A DNA stretch of 64,000 nt from Chiloscyllium plagiosum (Eukaryota). Location of the stretch: NCBI RefSeq assembly GCF_004010195.1, contig NC_057715.1, positions 58,073,274 to 58,137,273 of the forward strand. The letters run 5' to 3'. The translations under genes and the position numbers were made by a program. Shown here piece after piece: positions 24,834-37,030 of the stretch (position 1 is its first letter; each line of letters opens with the position of its first letter). The notes below the pieces were generated by a model that saw only the letters and a program-made list of their open reading frames with translations, did no database searches and had not been told where the DNA came from.

Positions 24834-25410
24834 TGATATCTATTAGTAGTTGAGAAGCAACCAACATCACCATGAGATCTTTTACATCCACCATCCAGTG
24901 TAATGTCTTATCCAAAATGCAACATTTCCAGCAGTACGGTACTGAATCACAGAATTATATAATCCCTACAGTGTGGAGGCAAGCCATTCAGCCCATCAAG
25001 TTCACACCAACCCTCTGAAGAGCATCCCACCCAGACACAACCCCCTACTCTATCCCTGTAACCCTGCATATCCCATGGCCAATCCACCTAACCTACACAT
25101 CTTTAGAGTGAATTTTCTGAGTTTGTAGTTCAAATCCAGTCCAGACTGATGAAATAAAAGCCTTATCTCAGCCTACACACCACAGATTTAGACAGCTTTG
25201 ATCTAGACACCACTGCATTTTAGATGGGAGAAAAATAACAAAGTAGTCCTACAGAGAAAGGCTGTTTTATTTGTGACCTTATACTGCTGGTAGTATCCCC
25301 ACATCTGAGCAATCTGTCCTGCAAAATGAGAGAATAGGAAAAATAACAAATTCACCATAGAAATATATTGTTGCTTTCTTCCTTGAATGTAAAACTGTGT
25401 TTATCAAGAT

Positions 25411-25509
25411 CTGGAGATGCCGGTGTTGGACTGGGGTGTACAAAGTTAAAAATTACATAACACCAGATTATAGACCAACAGGTTTAATTGGAAGCACACT
25501 AGCTTTCAG
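25411..25509 (-). mobile_element. PLE-derived short insert, family B, single arm
   Basis: TGGAGATGCCGGTGTTGGACTGGGGTGTACAAAGTTAAAA...CTAGCTTTC; 18-bp TSD AACTGTGTTTATCAAGAT at 25393-25410 and 25510-25527. Confidence 0.85.
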
Positions 25510-25995
25510 AACTGTGTTTATCAAGATTATTATTAAAAAACTAGTATGCAAGTGGATAATGTAAACAGCTGTTACAATTTAAAATTTAAGTTTTCTACAA
25601 AGACTATCAATCGTGGTGGAATATCACAGTTCCATTTGGCATGCTGTGGAGAAAAGCCATCTGTTGCTACTGATCTTAATTAAAATGTTGGCATCTGTGG
25701 TTGTCAAGCAGAATGGGACAGAAAGGCAGTGTGGCTTCATGAAGATATAAAGAATAGGGGTTTTGACCCTGAGACATTTGTGGAGCTACATCCCAGTGTG
25801 GGTTTAACTTTCATTAGGCATAGCTAATATGTACAAATCAGTGCAAATAAATCAGGAGCGACACTCAATTCCACCCTTGGGCAATGGTCTGGGTGGAGTT
25901 TGCACATTCTCCCATGTACGCATGGGTTTCCTCTGGTGCTCCAGTTTCCTCCCACAATCCAAAGATGTGCAGGTTAAGTGGAATGTCCATGCTAA

Positions 25996-26219
25996 ATTAG
26001 AGTGGTGCTGGAAAAGCACAGCAGGTCAGGCAACATTTGAGGAGCAGGAAAATCGATATTCCGGGCAAAAGCCCTTCATCAGGAATGCTGATGAAGGGCT
26101 TTTGCCCGAAACGTCGATTTTCCTTTTCCAGGAATGTTGCCTGACCTGCTGTGCTTTTCCAGCACCACTCTAATCTAGACTCTGATTTCTGGGCATCTGC
26201 AGTCCTCACTTTTTTCTGG
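25996..26219. mobile_element. Palindromic PLE-derived element, family A, best-preserved copy
   Basis: About 87-bp inverted arms spanning 25996-26174, plus the terminal extension; TSD CCATGCTAAATT at 25987-25998 and 26220-26231. Confidence 0.9.
26088..26115 (+). ncRNA. Minimal hammerhead ribozyme core
   Basis: CTGATGA-A-GGGC-TTTT-GCCC-GAAA-CG-TC: intact catalytic boxes, stem II and GUC cleavage triplet. Confidence 0.75.
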
Positions 26220-27486
26220 CCATGCTAAATTGCCCATTGTTTCAGGTTAGGTGGATTAGCCATGGAAAATGCAGGTTACAGGGATAAGGTGTGGAGGTTG
26301 ATCTAGGTGGGTTGCTGTTCAGAAGGTCTGTATGGATTTGATGGGCTGAATGGACTAATTCCATACTGTAGGGATTCTATAATTCTAGGTGCAGCCAACT
26401 TTAGTTGTGAGCATCAGAAAGATTATTAGGATTGTGATCCTAAGCATTTTTGTTTTACAGTTTTGCATCAGTATTTTTATGAGGTCCAAGTTGCTCTGTA
26501 ATTTATAAAAGGGGTTACAAATTGTGGTTTTATGTGACTATTCTATAATTCTATAATAGTCTTGGTGATCAGGTTACTATGCAAAGAATCAGTGTCAAGT
26601 TGAAGAATAATACTTGCCATTCTGAATTTGATATTAAGTCAGCCTATAAATCTGACAACATGCTAAACACTTTCTTGATTATGGTAACAGATCAGACGGA
26701 CACCTCTTCATTCCTTCTTCCTCTGTCTCACACCCCAGATGAAAGGGCGCTGCACAGAGTTCTCCGTGAAAAGGTAGATTTTATTCATAATATCCTGTCG
26801 CTCCTCTCAGTGCTATCTTTAAACTTCAGGCACACTGTTATCAACTTCTGTTGTTTCCTGTTGGTGATAACATAAATATTCTGTTCATTAAAAGGAATAG
26901 AATGTCAGTCACAACAGATGAAATGCAAAAAAGAACAGAAAGTATAAAAGTATAGAATGATAACAATGCATTGTTCAGTTTAAGGTCTACACTGTACAAA
27001 ATGTGTTTGCTGCAGTTTTCTACATTGTAATGGGCTATTTCTTAAAATATATTTTTGTTCATGGTGAGTTGCTTTTTGAATTATTTATTGTTGATGGTTT
27101 TATGTGAAATAGGTTTTGCTTCTAGCAGAATTATTTTATCGGCATTACCTATAATAAACCTTGTAACATAAGAAATTAGGTGTGGATATCGTGGTATTGA
27201 AGAATCCAATAGTGAGCTCTATCAGCTACAAATATGTACAGACATTCCATTTCTCAGATATATCAGCATCAAAGTTAACATTAAACAATTTGATTACAAT
27301 TGAGGGTTATGCTTCGAGTAGTAAGTGATTGAGTTAAGGTGGAGTATGCAATCTATATATCCTTAGGTCATACACCACGGTGATACGATAAGCATGTCTC
27401 TTACAGGTATATTGACACACTGTTTCTTAGAGCCAATATACTTTTAAACTGACCATGAGACAAACACAACATTATATAGTCATGAT

Positions 27487-27710
27487 TTGGAGATGCTGGT
27501 GTTGGACTGGGCTGTACAATGTTAAAAATCACATGACACCAGGTTATAGTCCAACAGGTTTAATTGGAAGCACTAGCTTTCGGAGTGCTGCTCCTTCTTC
27601 AGATGATTGTGGTGTACACAACCACATGATGAAGGAGCAGTGCTCTAAAAACTAGTGCTTCCAATTAAACCTGTTGGGCTATAACCTGGTGTCGTGTGAT
27701 TTTTAACATT
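27487..27710. mobile_element. Palindromic PLE-derived element, family B, with hammerhead core on the minus strand (27574-27602)
   Basis: Inverted arms AATGTTAAAAATCAC...CCAGGTTATAG / CTATAACCTGG...GTGATTTTTAACATT. Minus strand reads CTGAAGA-A-GGAG-CAGCA-CTCC-GAAA-GC-TA. Confidence 0.85.
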
Positions 27711-28111
27711 TTTTAGGTACTACAATTAAGTAGCTTATTTATAAATTGCTGAGAATATGCTTTGCAAACTTTATGTCGTAGGCACTTATGTGTGCATATA
27801 GTTTGTTCTTGTGAAACTAAAAGATAGTTTTAAAAATAATATCTGCGCATTGCACAGTCATCCTGATTTTGAAAGATGCTTGGATAAGTATGGGTTCACT
27901 ATAATTACTGAACCATTTGACTTGAATAATGAACATAGTTTACATTCCATTCATGGTCAATAGAAAAAATTAGGATGACCTGCTGAACCATTTAAGTAAT
28001 CCAAAGAGCAATATTCTAAATTACATTGTTATGAAAGGAACAGATTTATAAATAATTTAATAGTTTTGATCTCAGTATACTCTACGCTGGCTATAAGTTG
28101 GCACTAATACA

Positions 28112-28205
28112 GCACATTCCTGATGATGGGCTTATGCCCAAAATGGTGACTCTCCAGCTCCTCAGATGCTGCCTGACCTGCTGTGATTTTTCAGTGCCAC
28201 CTTTT
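28112..28205 (+). mobile_element. PLE-derived family A single arm with decayed hammerhead
   Basis: CTGATGATGGGCTTATGCCCAAAA...CTCCTCAGATGCTGCCTGACCTGCTGTG. Confidence 0.75.
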
Positions 28206-28769
28206 TTGACCATTGCAGCAAGTATATAAAGTAATAAAATTTTATAATGCCATACCTTGAGGTCCAGCTTCCAAACTGATATAAGAACAACCATATTAGA
28301 GGATAGCATCTTTTAAAGTAATACTTCATTGTTACATTTCAGAAAATGCAGTTTCAAAATACTTCTACTCAGTCAGCAGGAGTAACATTTCATCAGCACT
28401 CACAAATAGTGGATTCTGTTTACTTAATCTCCTGTAGGTTTATTTATAACTAAAACTAATGCAATGGAATCTCTACATATATCCTTGGCCTAGGGTACTG
28501 CATTGCAGTGTGACCATGAGCTCTGATCACATGATGACATCCTGGCCCTTGGTTTATCTCCATATTGAGCTCTGCAACAATAATATAACAACCCATTCCC
28601 TTTCTAAAGGTACGTTTTGTACTCTAAATGTGAAAGTATATAAATCTTGGGTTAAACAAATTAGTTACACAGAATAAAATTATAAAATTTACTAATATCA
28701 TGCTAATAGATGTTACGTTTAAGAGAACGTAAGTCTAAGAATTCATTTATTGTTACATTGGTTTGTCAA

Positions 28770-29495
28770 CTCTTCCAGATTCTGTAATGGAGTAACCTTC
28801 TGGAAATGTGAATTTCACCATTGGCTGCTCTTAACTCACAAGTGTGTCCTCAGCATATTGACTGTTGGCCATCACACTGACATTGTTCGGTTGTGCTCAT
28901 TCATGTCCACTGTGCATAACTGACATATTGTATATTTCCCTTAGCTAGTTTTTGTTCCTCCTCAACATTGCTCCATTGAGTTTGTGACTTTGTACAGCCT
29001 AAGCTGACGACACATCAATATCACTGCAGGAAACCAGGTTCCTATTGCAGCATGTATGACTTGGACATTTTATCTTATGTGTAACCAAAGTAATTTCACA
29101 CCCGAATGCCAGTCAGACAGAGTCTTCATTCTCTATTGTTTCTCAAGTAGAATGTCCTGCAACTTGGATAGATGGCAGCTTGTCAATTTCATTTTCACTT
29201 TCCTTCTGAACATGATTGCTGCTGGTAATGATTACTCCTTAACCAGAGAAATGCTACTCAGTGGTGTAATGTGGCAATATGAAAATCTTGTTTTGTTGTG
29301 ATACACTTTGAGATGAGTGACTTAACAGTGTGAACCATTAATGCATCTAGATTGTTTGATTTAGAATAATGTAGTGAGGATACCAGAAGGTTCACATTCC
29401 AGTTGGAACAAATGTTCCTGAAAGGTCTGTTCATATATAGCAACACCTTGTCAGAAATAATTTCTGCAGGTGCAACAGACAAACTGAATAACGCA
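28770..29495 (-). mobile_element. Ty3/Gypsy integrase remnant
   Basis: ORF 29258-29482 PAEIISDK...FRNICSNWNV...SSLHYSKSN...MVHTVKSLISKC resembles P.EIVSDNG...F...W.I.H..SSPHYP.SNG.AERMV.TVK. Downstream GAMLRRNK resembles the G..LRRNR motif. Confidence 0.75.
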
Positions 29496-29499
29496 TATT

Positions 29500-30830
29500 G
29501 GAAGATAAGAACAAGAGTCAGTCATTCAGCCTGCCAAGCCTGATCTGTCATTTCATACATTTGTGGCTTTTCCAACATTTCAATGCCTGTTATCCATAGA
29601 ATCCCCTTAACTCTTTATGCCATGGATAATCAAGAATTTATTGATCGCTACTTTAAATAGGATCAGAGACCGAACTTCCAAAGTCCCCTAGGTTCAAGCG
29701 TTCCAAAGAGTCAACACTTACTGAGTAATAAAAAAATTCTCCTTATCTTGGTGTCCCTTATTTTTAAATTGTGTCCCTTGATTTTGCACTCCTCAACCAG
29801 AAGAAGCATCCTACTTGCATTTACCCTTTAAATATCTGTCGTTTTCAATGAAATCAATTCTCATTTTACAAAGTTCTACAGAATACAGGCCCAGGTTGCC
29901 CAATCTCTCTTCATAGGACTCTCCCGCTGTCACAGGAACAAGTCTGGTGAATGCTTGTTTCATTCCCTCTGTGGCACTAATATCTTTCCTGAGATATGGA
30001 GATCAAAACTGCATACAATCGTCCAGGTGGGATCTAACTAAGCTCCTGTACAATCAAACCAAGACTTCACTACTCCTGTACTCAGATTCTACTGCAATAA
30101 AGGCTAACTTTCCATGAGCCTTTCTAACAGCCTGCTGCATCTGCATGTTAGTGTTGAGTGATTTATTGCTGAAAAACATCTAGGCCCCTTTGTACATCTA
30201 CACTTTCCAATCTCTCATTATTTAAGACATATTCTGCATCTTTGATTTTCCTACCAACGTATATAATATTATAGTTTTCCACATTATATTCAATCAATCA
30301 TGTTCATTAAGCCTGTCTAAATCCTCTCCATCTTACATCTTCCCCACAACACATATTCCCACTTAGTTTTGGGTATAATCTACATATTTGGAAATATTAA
30401 TTTTCGTCACCACCTCTAAATCAATGGCCAAACAAAGTACCCCACTGGCCATAGCCCTGCTAATATGAGAATGATCGATTTATTCCTACTATCTGCTTTA
30501 TGCTGTTAGTCAATCATTAATCCATGCAGGTACATTACCTTCTATCTCATGTGCTGTATTTTTCACTAACTAGACTCCTGCAGGGGAATTTATCAAAAGG
30601 CTTCTGAAAATCTAAGCATTTACATACATTCTTTATCAATTTTGTTAATAACATCTTCAAAAAACTCAAAAGCACTGATCAAGCACAATTTCCCACTCAC
30701 AAGTCCATGACAATGCCCAAACAGACATTATCACCCAGGTGTCTATTTATACCATCCTTCATAACAGATCTTACAACATATGTAACAGAGCCATAGTTCC
30801 CTGGTTCTTTCTCACTTGCTTTTCAAAACC
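29500..30830 (-). mobile_element. Old CR1 LINE RT and 3' end
   Basis: Reverse-strand CR1 3' UTR (TAAGAACAAGAGT...CATTCAGCC) and decayed RT blocks, including LDFQK.FDK at about 30590-30615. Confidence 0.72.
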
Positions 30831-32124
30831 GGCATGATAGGTGTCAGAGAGCCAGAGGGCATCAGCACTATGCACCCTGTTCCCATGCCCCTTGCCAATA
30901 CATTTAAAGAGAAATTAAAAAGGTGACATTGCAAAAAAAAAGCACTGCTGAGAAATAATTTGCAAGACTCTGTTGAGGATTCTATCGCAGCAAATTATTC
31001 ATGGGTATAGTCTGCTGCTGACCTCTCCGTTACCTGATTGGTTTGTGACTTGGCCTCTTATCAGTGTTCCAGCCAGAGGGACCCGCATTGCTTCCAAAAG
31101 ATTCTGCCTGTGAATCTAATTTAATTGGCAGAAGAACCAAAGGCCAAATGAGGAGATTCATTTGTTACTCAGTAAGTGATGTGCTGGACTGCACTGCCTG
31201 AAAAGATATGGTGAAAGCAAATTCAATAGCAACTTTCAAAATAAATTGATCACATGCTTGAAAAGGAAAAGTGCTTTTGGGAAGGAGCAATAAGAGTTGT
31301 ATTCATTGACGAACTCGTTCAAAAAACAACATTGGCACTCAGCCAAATTTCTCTGTCTGTTTCATTTGCATTTGTTCTCACAGTTTGTAACTAGCTTTTC
31401 GTAACATGGTTAAGCAAGTATCAAAAACAGCCACTTTATGTGATACAAAATGCTCTTGTACTTCCTTCTGTTCACAATGCATAATAAAATTATTGTGAAA
31501 AATAACATTTTAAATAGCAGCAACAAATTAGCTCTTCTGCTGATTGATGATGAAATGTCTGGCTAATGTTTCTAAAAATTAAATAATAAAGCTTCTGATA
31601 ATATAAGAAATTGTTTAATGACCTAAAATGTGATCTATGTTGTGGCAGTTTATAGAAAGGGCTAAGTTGACAGCTGCAGAGCTTAAAGTAGACTTATACT
31701 TTAACCTTAATAAAGTGGCCGAATGACTTTGAATTTCTGATTTTTTCAATTCTTTTTTGCCCATAATTAGGACTGTTTTCCTGTTCTCTTCCATTTTGTT
31801 ACTTTAAACATCAGGATACAGGCATCAGTTGTAGCAACTAATGAACTCATGTTACACGATCCAAGATGGATACTCTATGGAACATATTTCACTGTTCTAA
31901 TGTGATTATATATTATTTATTATTAAATTAGTAATTCATTTTAAGAACTTGGGTACATAAACCAGAGGGACTACAGCAATCAGTGGTTTCATCAATACTC
32001 CTATAACAATTCTACTTTTTGCCTCTACGTTCCACACATGCTCACTCCACTGCATCACAATGCATCAAAAGGTATATTAATATAGAGCCAGGGAGACAAG
32101 CACAGTTCATCTATGTATATTTTA

Positions 32125-32720
32125 TAATTTATTCGGGGAATGTAAGACATAGTTAGCTAAGCTAGCGTTTATTGTTCATCCCTAATTACCCTTGAGAAAA
32201 TAGTGGTACGCTGCCGTCATGAACCACTGCAATCCATTTGGTGTACAAATACCCACAATACCGTTTGGGAAGGAGTTCTAGGAATTTAACCCAGTGACTG
32301 AAGTTACAGTTACATATTTCCAAATCAGGATGATGAGCAGTTTGGAGGAAAACTTGCGGTTGGTGGTGTTCCTATTTATCTGCTGCTTTGTCCTTCGAGA
32401 TGATAGTGATTGTGAGTTTGGACAAGGAACACTAGTGAATTTCTTCAGTGCATCTTGCAGACGTTACACACTGCTGCTACTGAATCTTATTTCTAGAGGC
32501 AATGGATGTTCATGTGTGTGATACCAATTACATGGGTTTCTTTGTCCAGAATGGTGCCGTGCTTCTTGAGTTGAGCTGCACTCAGGTGGGGAGTATTTCA
32601 GCATACTCCTAACTTGTACCTTATTAGTGGCAGACAGTGCTTGGGGAGTTACTCACTGTAAGCTCACAAGTAAGTGTTTGACCTGCTCTGGTAGCCTTGG
32701 CACTGAAATGGTTAGTCCAG
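32125..32720 (-). mobile_element. Old CR1/L2-group LINE 3' end
   Basis: TTTATTGTTCATCCCTAATTACCCTTGAGAA is the reverse of the 3' end seen at about 24200-24375 on the + strand. Confidence 0.7.
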
Positions 32721-33069
32721 AGGTAGTCAGGTGACTGAGAGTGAGTCAGGCCAAGTCTGGGAGCAATTGGATATTTAGGGGTCAGTGAGGTGATCGGGTC
32801 GGGTGTGGGAGGATATCTTGTGTTCAGTTAGTGGGGACTGGGATTAATTTGTCTGGTCAGGGATATAGCCAGTTGGTCACTGCATTAGTCAGGTAGTTGT
32901 GAACTAGTTAGTTTGGGGTAGAGGTTAGGGATATAGTCATGTTGGTTTAGGTCAGGGGTTAGTTAGGTGGTTAAGCAGGTAGTCAGAACTCAGTTCTGAA
33001 GAAGGGTCACTGGACCCTGAAGCATTGACTCTGCTTTCTCTTCACAGATGCTGAGTATCTTGGATAAGT

Positions 33070-33326
33070 AGATTAGATTAGATTACTTACAGTGTGGAAA
33101 CAGGCCCTTCGGCCCAACAAGTACACACCGCCCCGGCAAAGCGCAACCCATCCATACCCCTACATTTACCCCTTACCTAACACTACGGGCAATTTAGCAC
33201 GGCCAATTCACCTGACCTGCACATCTTTGGACTGTGGGAGGAAACCGGAGCACCCGGAGGAAACCCACGCCGGGTCTCTGGCGCTGTGAGGCAGCAGTGC
33301 TAACCACTGTGCCACCGTGCCACCCA
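33070..33326 (-). mobile_element. HE1-type SINE, young, internally deleted
   Basis: Close to the reverse complement of 2279-2592 but lacking the segment around the B box. Confidence 0.92.
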
Positions 33327-33349
33327 CTAAGCAATTTTCTTCAATGCAA

Positions 33350-35575
33350 GATAGGTAAGGCAGATTAACTTAGGGTACGATTGGGAACATGGAACTGGAA
33401 TGTCATAGCTTTAACAGAAACGTAGCTCAGGGATGGACAACATGGCAGCTTAATGTTCTACAGTATAGATGCTCAAGGAAGAATAGAAAGGGAGGCAAGA
33501 GAGGAGGAGCAATGGCATTTTTGGTTAGAGAATGACATTACAACTATACTTAAGGAGGATATTCCTAGGAGATCGTCGAGTGAAATTATATAGACTGAGA
33601 AATAGGAAAGGGATGATCACCTTGTTGGGACTGCATCATAGGGTCCTCAATAGGCAATGGGAAATTGATAGGCAAATGTGTAAGAAGACCTCTGATATTT
33701 CAAAGAAAATTGGTATGAAGTAGTAGGGAATTTTAACTTACAAACTTAGACTAGGACTATCATACTGTTAAGTGCTTGGATGGAGAGGAACTTATTAAGT
33801 GTGTACAAGAAAACTTTCTTATTCAATATGTGCATGTATCTACTAAAAAAGGAGTAAAACTTGATCTTCTGTTGGGAAATAAGGCAGGACAAGTTACAGA
33901 GGTCTCAGTGAGAGAACACTTTGGGGCAACTGATCATAATTCTATTTGTTTCAAAGTAGTTATAGAAAGGGAGAGAATTGATCAAAAAGTTAAAGGCCTT
34001 ATAAGGCCAAATTTGACAGTATTAGACAGGAAATTTCCAAGTTGATGGGGCCAGGTAAAGGGACAGTTAGTAAGTCGGAGGCCTTCAAATATAAGGTAAT
34101 GAGAGTTCAGAGTCAGCATGTTCCTGTTAGTGCAAGGGGCAAGGCCGCTATGTCCAGGGAATGCTGGATGACTAGAGAAATTGAGGCTCTGGTCAAGAAA
34201 ATTAAGGAGGCATATATCAGGTGGGGATTGAGTGAATCCCTAGAGGAGTATAAGGGCAGTAGGAGTATACTTAAGAGGGAAATCAGGAAGACAGAAAGGG
34301 GACATGAGATAGCTTTGGCAAATAGGGTTAAAGAGAATCAAGAGAGATTCTATAAATACATTAGAACAGAAGAGTAACTAGAGAGAGAATAGGGCCCCTT
34401 AAAAATCAACATGGCCGTCTACCTATGGAACCACAGGAGATGGGTGAGATATTAAACAAATATTTTGCACCAATATTTACTGTGGAGAAGGATATGAAAA
34501 CTAGGGTACTTGGAGAAATAAATAGTGATGTCTTGAAAAGAATTCATATTACAGAAGAGGAGGTGCTAAAGGTCTTAAAACATATAAAGGTAGATAAATC
34601 CTCAGGACCTGATCAGATGTTTTGCAGAACTTTGTGCGAAGCTGAGAGAAGTGATTGCTGGGCTCCTTGCTGAGATACTTGTATCATCGATAGCCACAGG
34701 TGACGTGCCAGAAGACTTGAGATTGGCTAATGTGGTGCCACTATTTAAAAAAGGCTGTAAGGAAAAGACAGGGAACTATAGACTGGTGAGCTATATGTCA
34801 GTGGTGGGTGAGTTGTTGGAGGGGATTCTGAGGGACAGGATTTATATCTATTTAGAAAGGCAAGGACTGATTAGGGATAGTCAACATGACTTGGTGCATG
34901 GGAAATCATGTCTCACTAACTTATTTGGGTTTTTTGAAGAGTTGATAAAGAAGATTGATAAAAGCAGAGTGGTCAATGTTACCTATGTGGACTTCAGCAA
35001 ACAACCTTAATCCAACAACCATCTGATGAAAGAGCAGCACTCTGAAAGCTAGTGCTTTCAAATAAACCTGATGGACTGTAACCTGGTGTTGTGTGATTTT
35101 TGACTTCAGCAAAGCATTTGACAAGGTTCCGCATTGTAGACTGTTTAGTAAGGAAGGTCACAAGGGATCCAGGGGGAGCTAGCCAATTGGATACAAAACT
35201 GGCTTGAAAATATGAGATAGAGGGTACTGGTAGAGGGTTGCTTTTCAGACTGGAGGCCTATGACCAGCAGTGTGCCACAAAGATCAGTGCTGGGTCCACT
35301 GCTTTTTGTCATTTATGTAAATGACTTGGATATGAATATAAGATGTATGGTTAGCAAGTTTGCAGAGGGCACAAAAATAGCTGGTGTAGTGGACAGCGAA
35401 GAAGATTACTAAAATTACAAGGGGACCCTAATCAGATGGGCAAATGGGTCAAGGAGTAGCAGATAGAGTTTAATGGAATAGATTTCTATTTTAGATTTTT
35501 AGTTTAATTTATATAAATGTGACGTGTTGCATTTTGTTAAGGCATTTACAGTTAATGTTAGTGTCTTGGGGAGTG
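33350..35575 (+). mobile_element. CR1 LINE ORF2 (endonuclease plus RT), 3'-truncated
   Basis: LDLLLGN...HFGATDHNSICF; ANRVKENQERFYKYI; DKSSGPD; LANVVPLFKKG...NYRLVS; GKSCLTNL; YVDFSK|AFD; PQRSVLGPLLFVIYVND. Confidence 0.93.
35002..35101 (+). mobile_element. PLE-derived family B insert with hammerhead core (35023-35051), inside the CR1 RT
   Basis: CAT-CTGATGA-A-AGAG-CAGCA-CTCT-GAAA-GC-TA-GTG; TSD GACTTCAGCAAA at 34990-35001 and 35102-35113. Confidence 0.85.
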
Positions 35576-37030
35576 GTCAATGACGGGGTAGTCAGATGGT
35601 TGAGGATATAATTGGACTTGGTATGTTGGGTGGTTTACTCTGGTCTGGAAAGTAGCTGGGTGATTGGGGCTGGTTGAATCCGGTCCAGTGGGTAGTCGGG
35701 TCTGGTCCGGGGTCATGCTGTGGATCAGGGGTAGGCATGTGGTTGGGGGCTAGGAATGTGAAAGGGGGTTGGTCAAGTCTTCAGGGGGTAGTTAGGCTGT
35801 TGGAGATAGTCATGTGATCAGGGGTTGGTTGGGTTTGGGGATCAGAAGGATAGTCAGGTCACTGGAGGGAGAGGGGGTAGTTGCTAGAGGGTGAATGGGG
35901 AGGGACCAATTCTGGTGTTCTGCTGAATTACCATGTATAATCACAGAGGTAGCTCAGGTATTAAACTGTATAACTTTTCCATGGTAAGTATGCAGCAAGT
36001 CCTATGGATCTGACCCAAGACTCTGCCCTGAGTTCAGGGTTGGAGGCATTTGTAGAAGGTTTTGAACAGCAAGGAATCAGCCCATCGGAAGGTTAGATTT
36101 CTTGGAAAATTTGTACATATGTCTTTTTATCATGAATTATGCAGGATCCTGACACTCATATCCATTCTATAGTCCCAACTCCAATGATCCAGAGACTGGA
36201 ATATTTGAACCTATGTGGCTAACTGTGAAGATGATTGTATTTGTCAATGGTAGGGTATGGGAAAGTTCATAGATCGAGTATCATATGGCATTTTAAGCAG
36301 GGAAATGAGAGGTGGCTCATCTTAGCAAGAATGAAGAGCACACTCACAAAGAAAAATTTAAAAGAAGTAGAAGGCAAGAAATTTACCTATATGCCTTGTA
36401 GGATTGAGCAGAAATAACTAATGAAGCTACAAAATGCATCCAGGTTCATAAATTTATAAATATGGCTGTAATGTGGAAGGAATGTGGAATTAATTCTAAA
36501 TGCTTACCAGTCATTGTTTGGGCTACAGCTAAGAGATGTGTTAAGCTTGGAAAGTTTTATTTTATGAAAGAAGTCATGACCATAGAAAAGAATGTTGTCT
36601 TGTAGTTGGGTTTGGCAGAGATACTGGATCAAATGGAGCTCGGTAGGTGGTTATATGTTAATTAAGAGATAATTGCATGAGAGTTGGCTGTAAATAAGAA
36701 ATGAGTGAGTTTGAATTTTGTAATGTATGAGTTAGAATAAAAACTCTGACTAGAAAAGTATATGCCTTGCTTCTTTTAACCTCTTTACCCACTTTTCACC
36801 CTTTTAACCTCTGGTGAAGAGTCAAGTATGGTACCAAGGATAAGAAAGAACTGCAAAAGATAGAATAGGGAGGATGAAATCAAACTCACTTTCATTCTGA
36901 GAATCAGCCAGTATCAGATTGAAATAGTTTCCTCCAAATTCCAATAATGATTTTGCATTCATAAGACAATAAGAAATAGGCACAGGAGCAATTCAGCCCC
37001 TTGAGCCTGGTCTGCTATACATTAGGATCC

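Larger units (their letters stand above)
25860..26385 (+). mobile_element. HE1-like SINE split by a palindromic insert
   Basis: SINE body TGGAGTTTGCACATTCTCCC...CCATGCTAAATT resumes at 26220. Confidence 0.85.
32720..36212 (+). repeat. G/T-rich non-autonomous element (32720-32990 and 35575-36212), split by nested PLE end, SINE and CR1
   Basis: Degenerate GGTCAGG/GGTTGGG/GGTAGT tracts followed by a roughly 280-bp segment resembling those at 57940-58165 and 61080-61250. Confidence 0.5.

Noticed and set aside
25829-26209. Overlapping + and - ORFs with near-identical peptides (LEWCWKSTAGQA...CCLTCCAFPAPL)
   Set aside because: They are an artefact of the DNA palindrome. The same peptides recur at every family A copy, so they are not genes.
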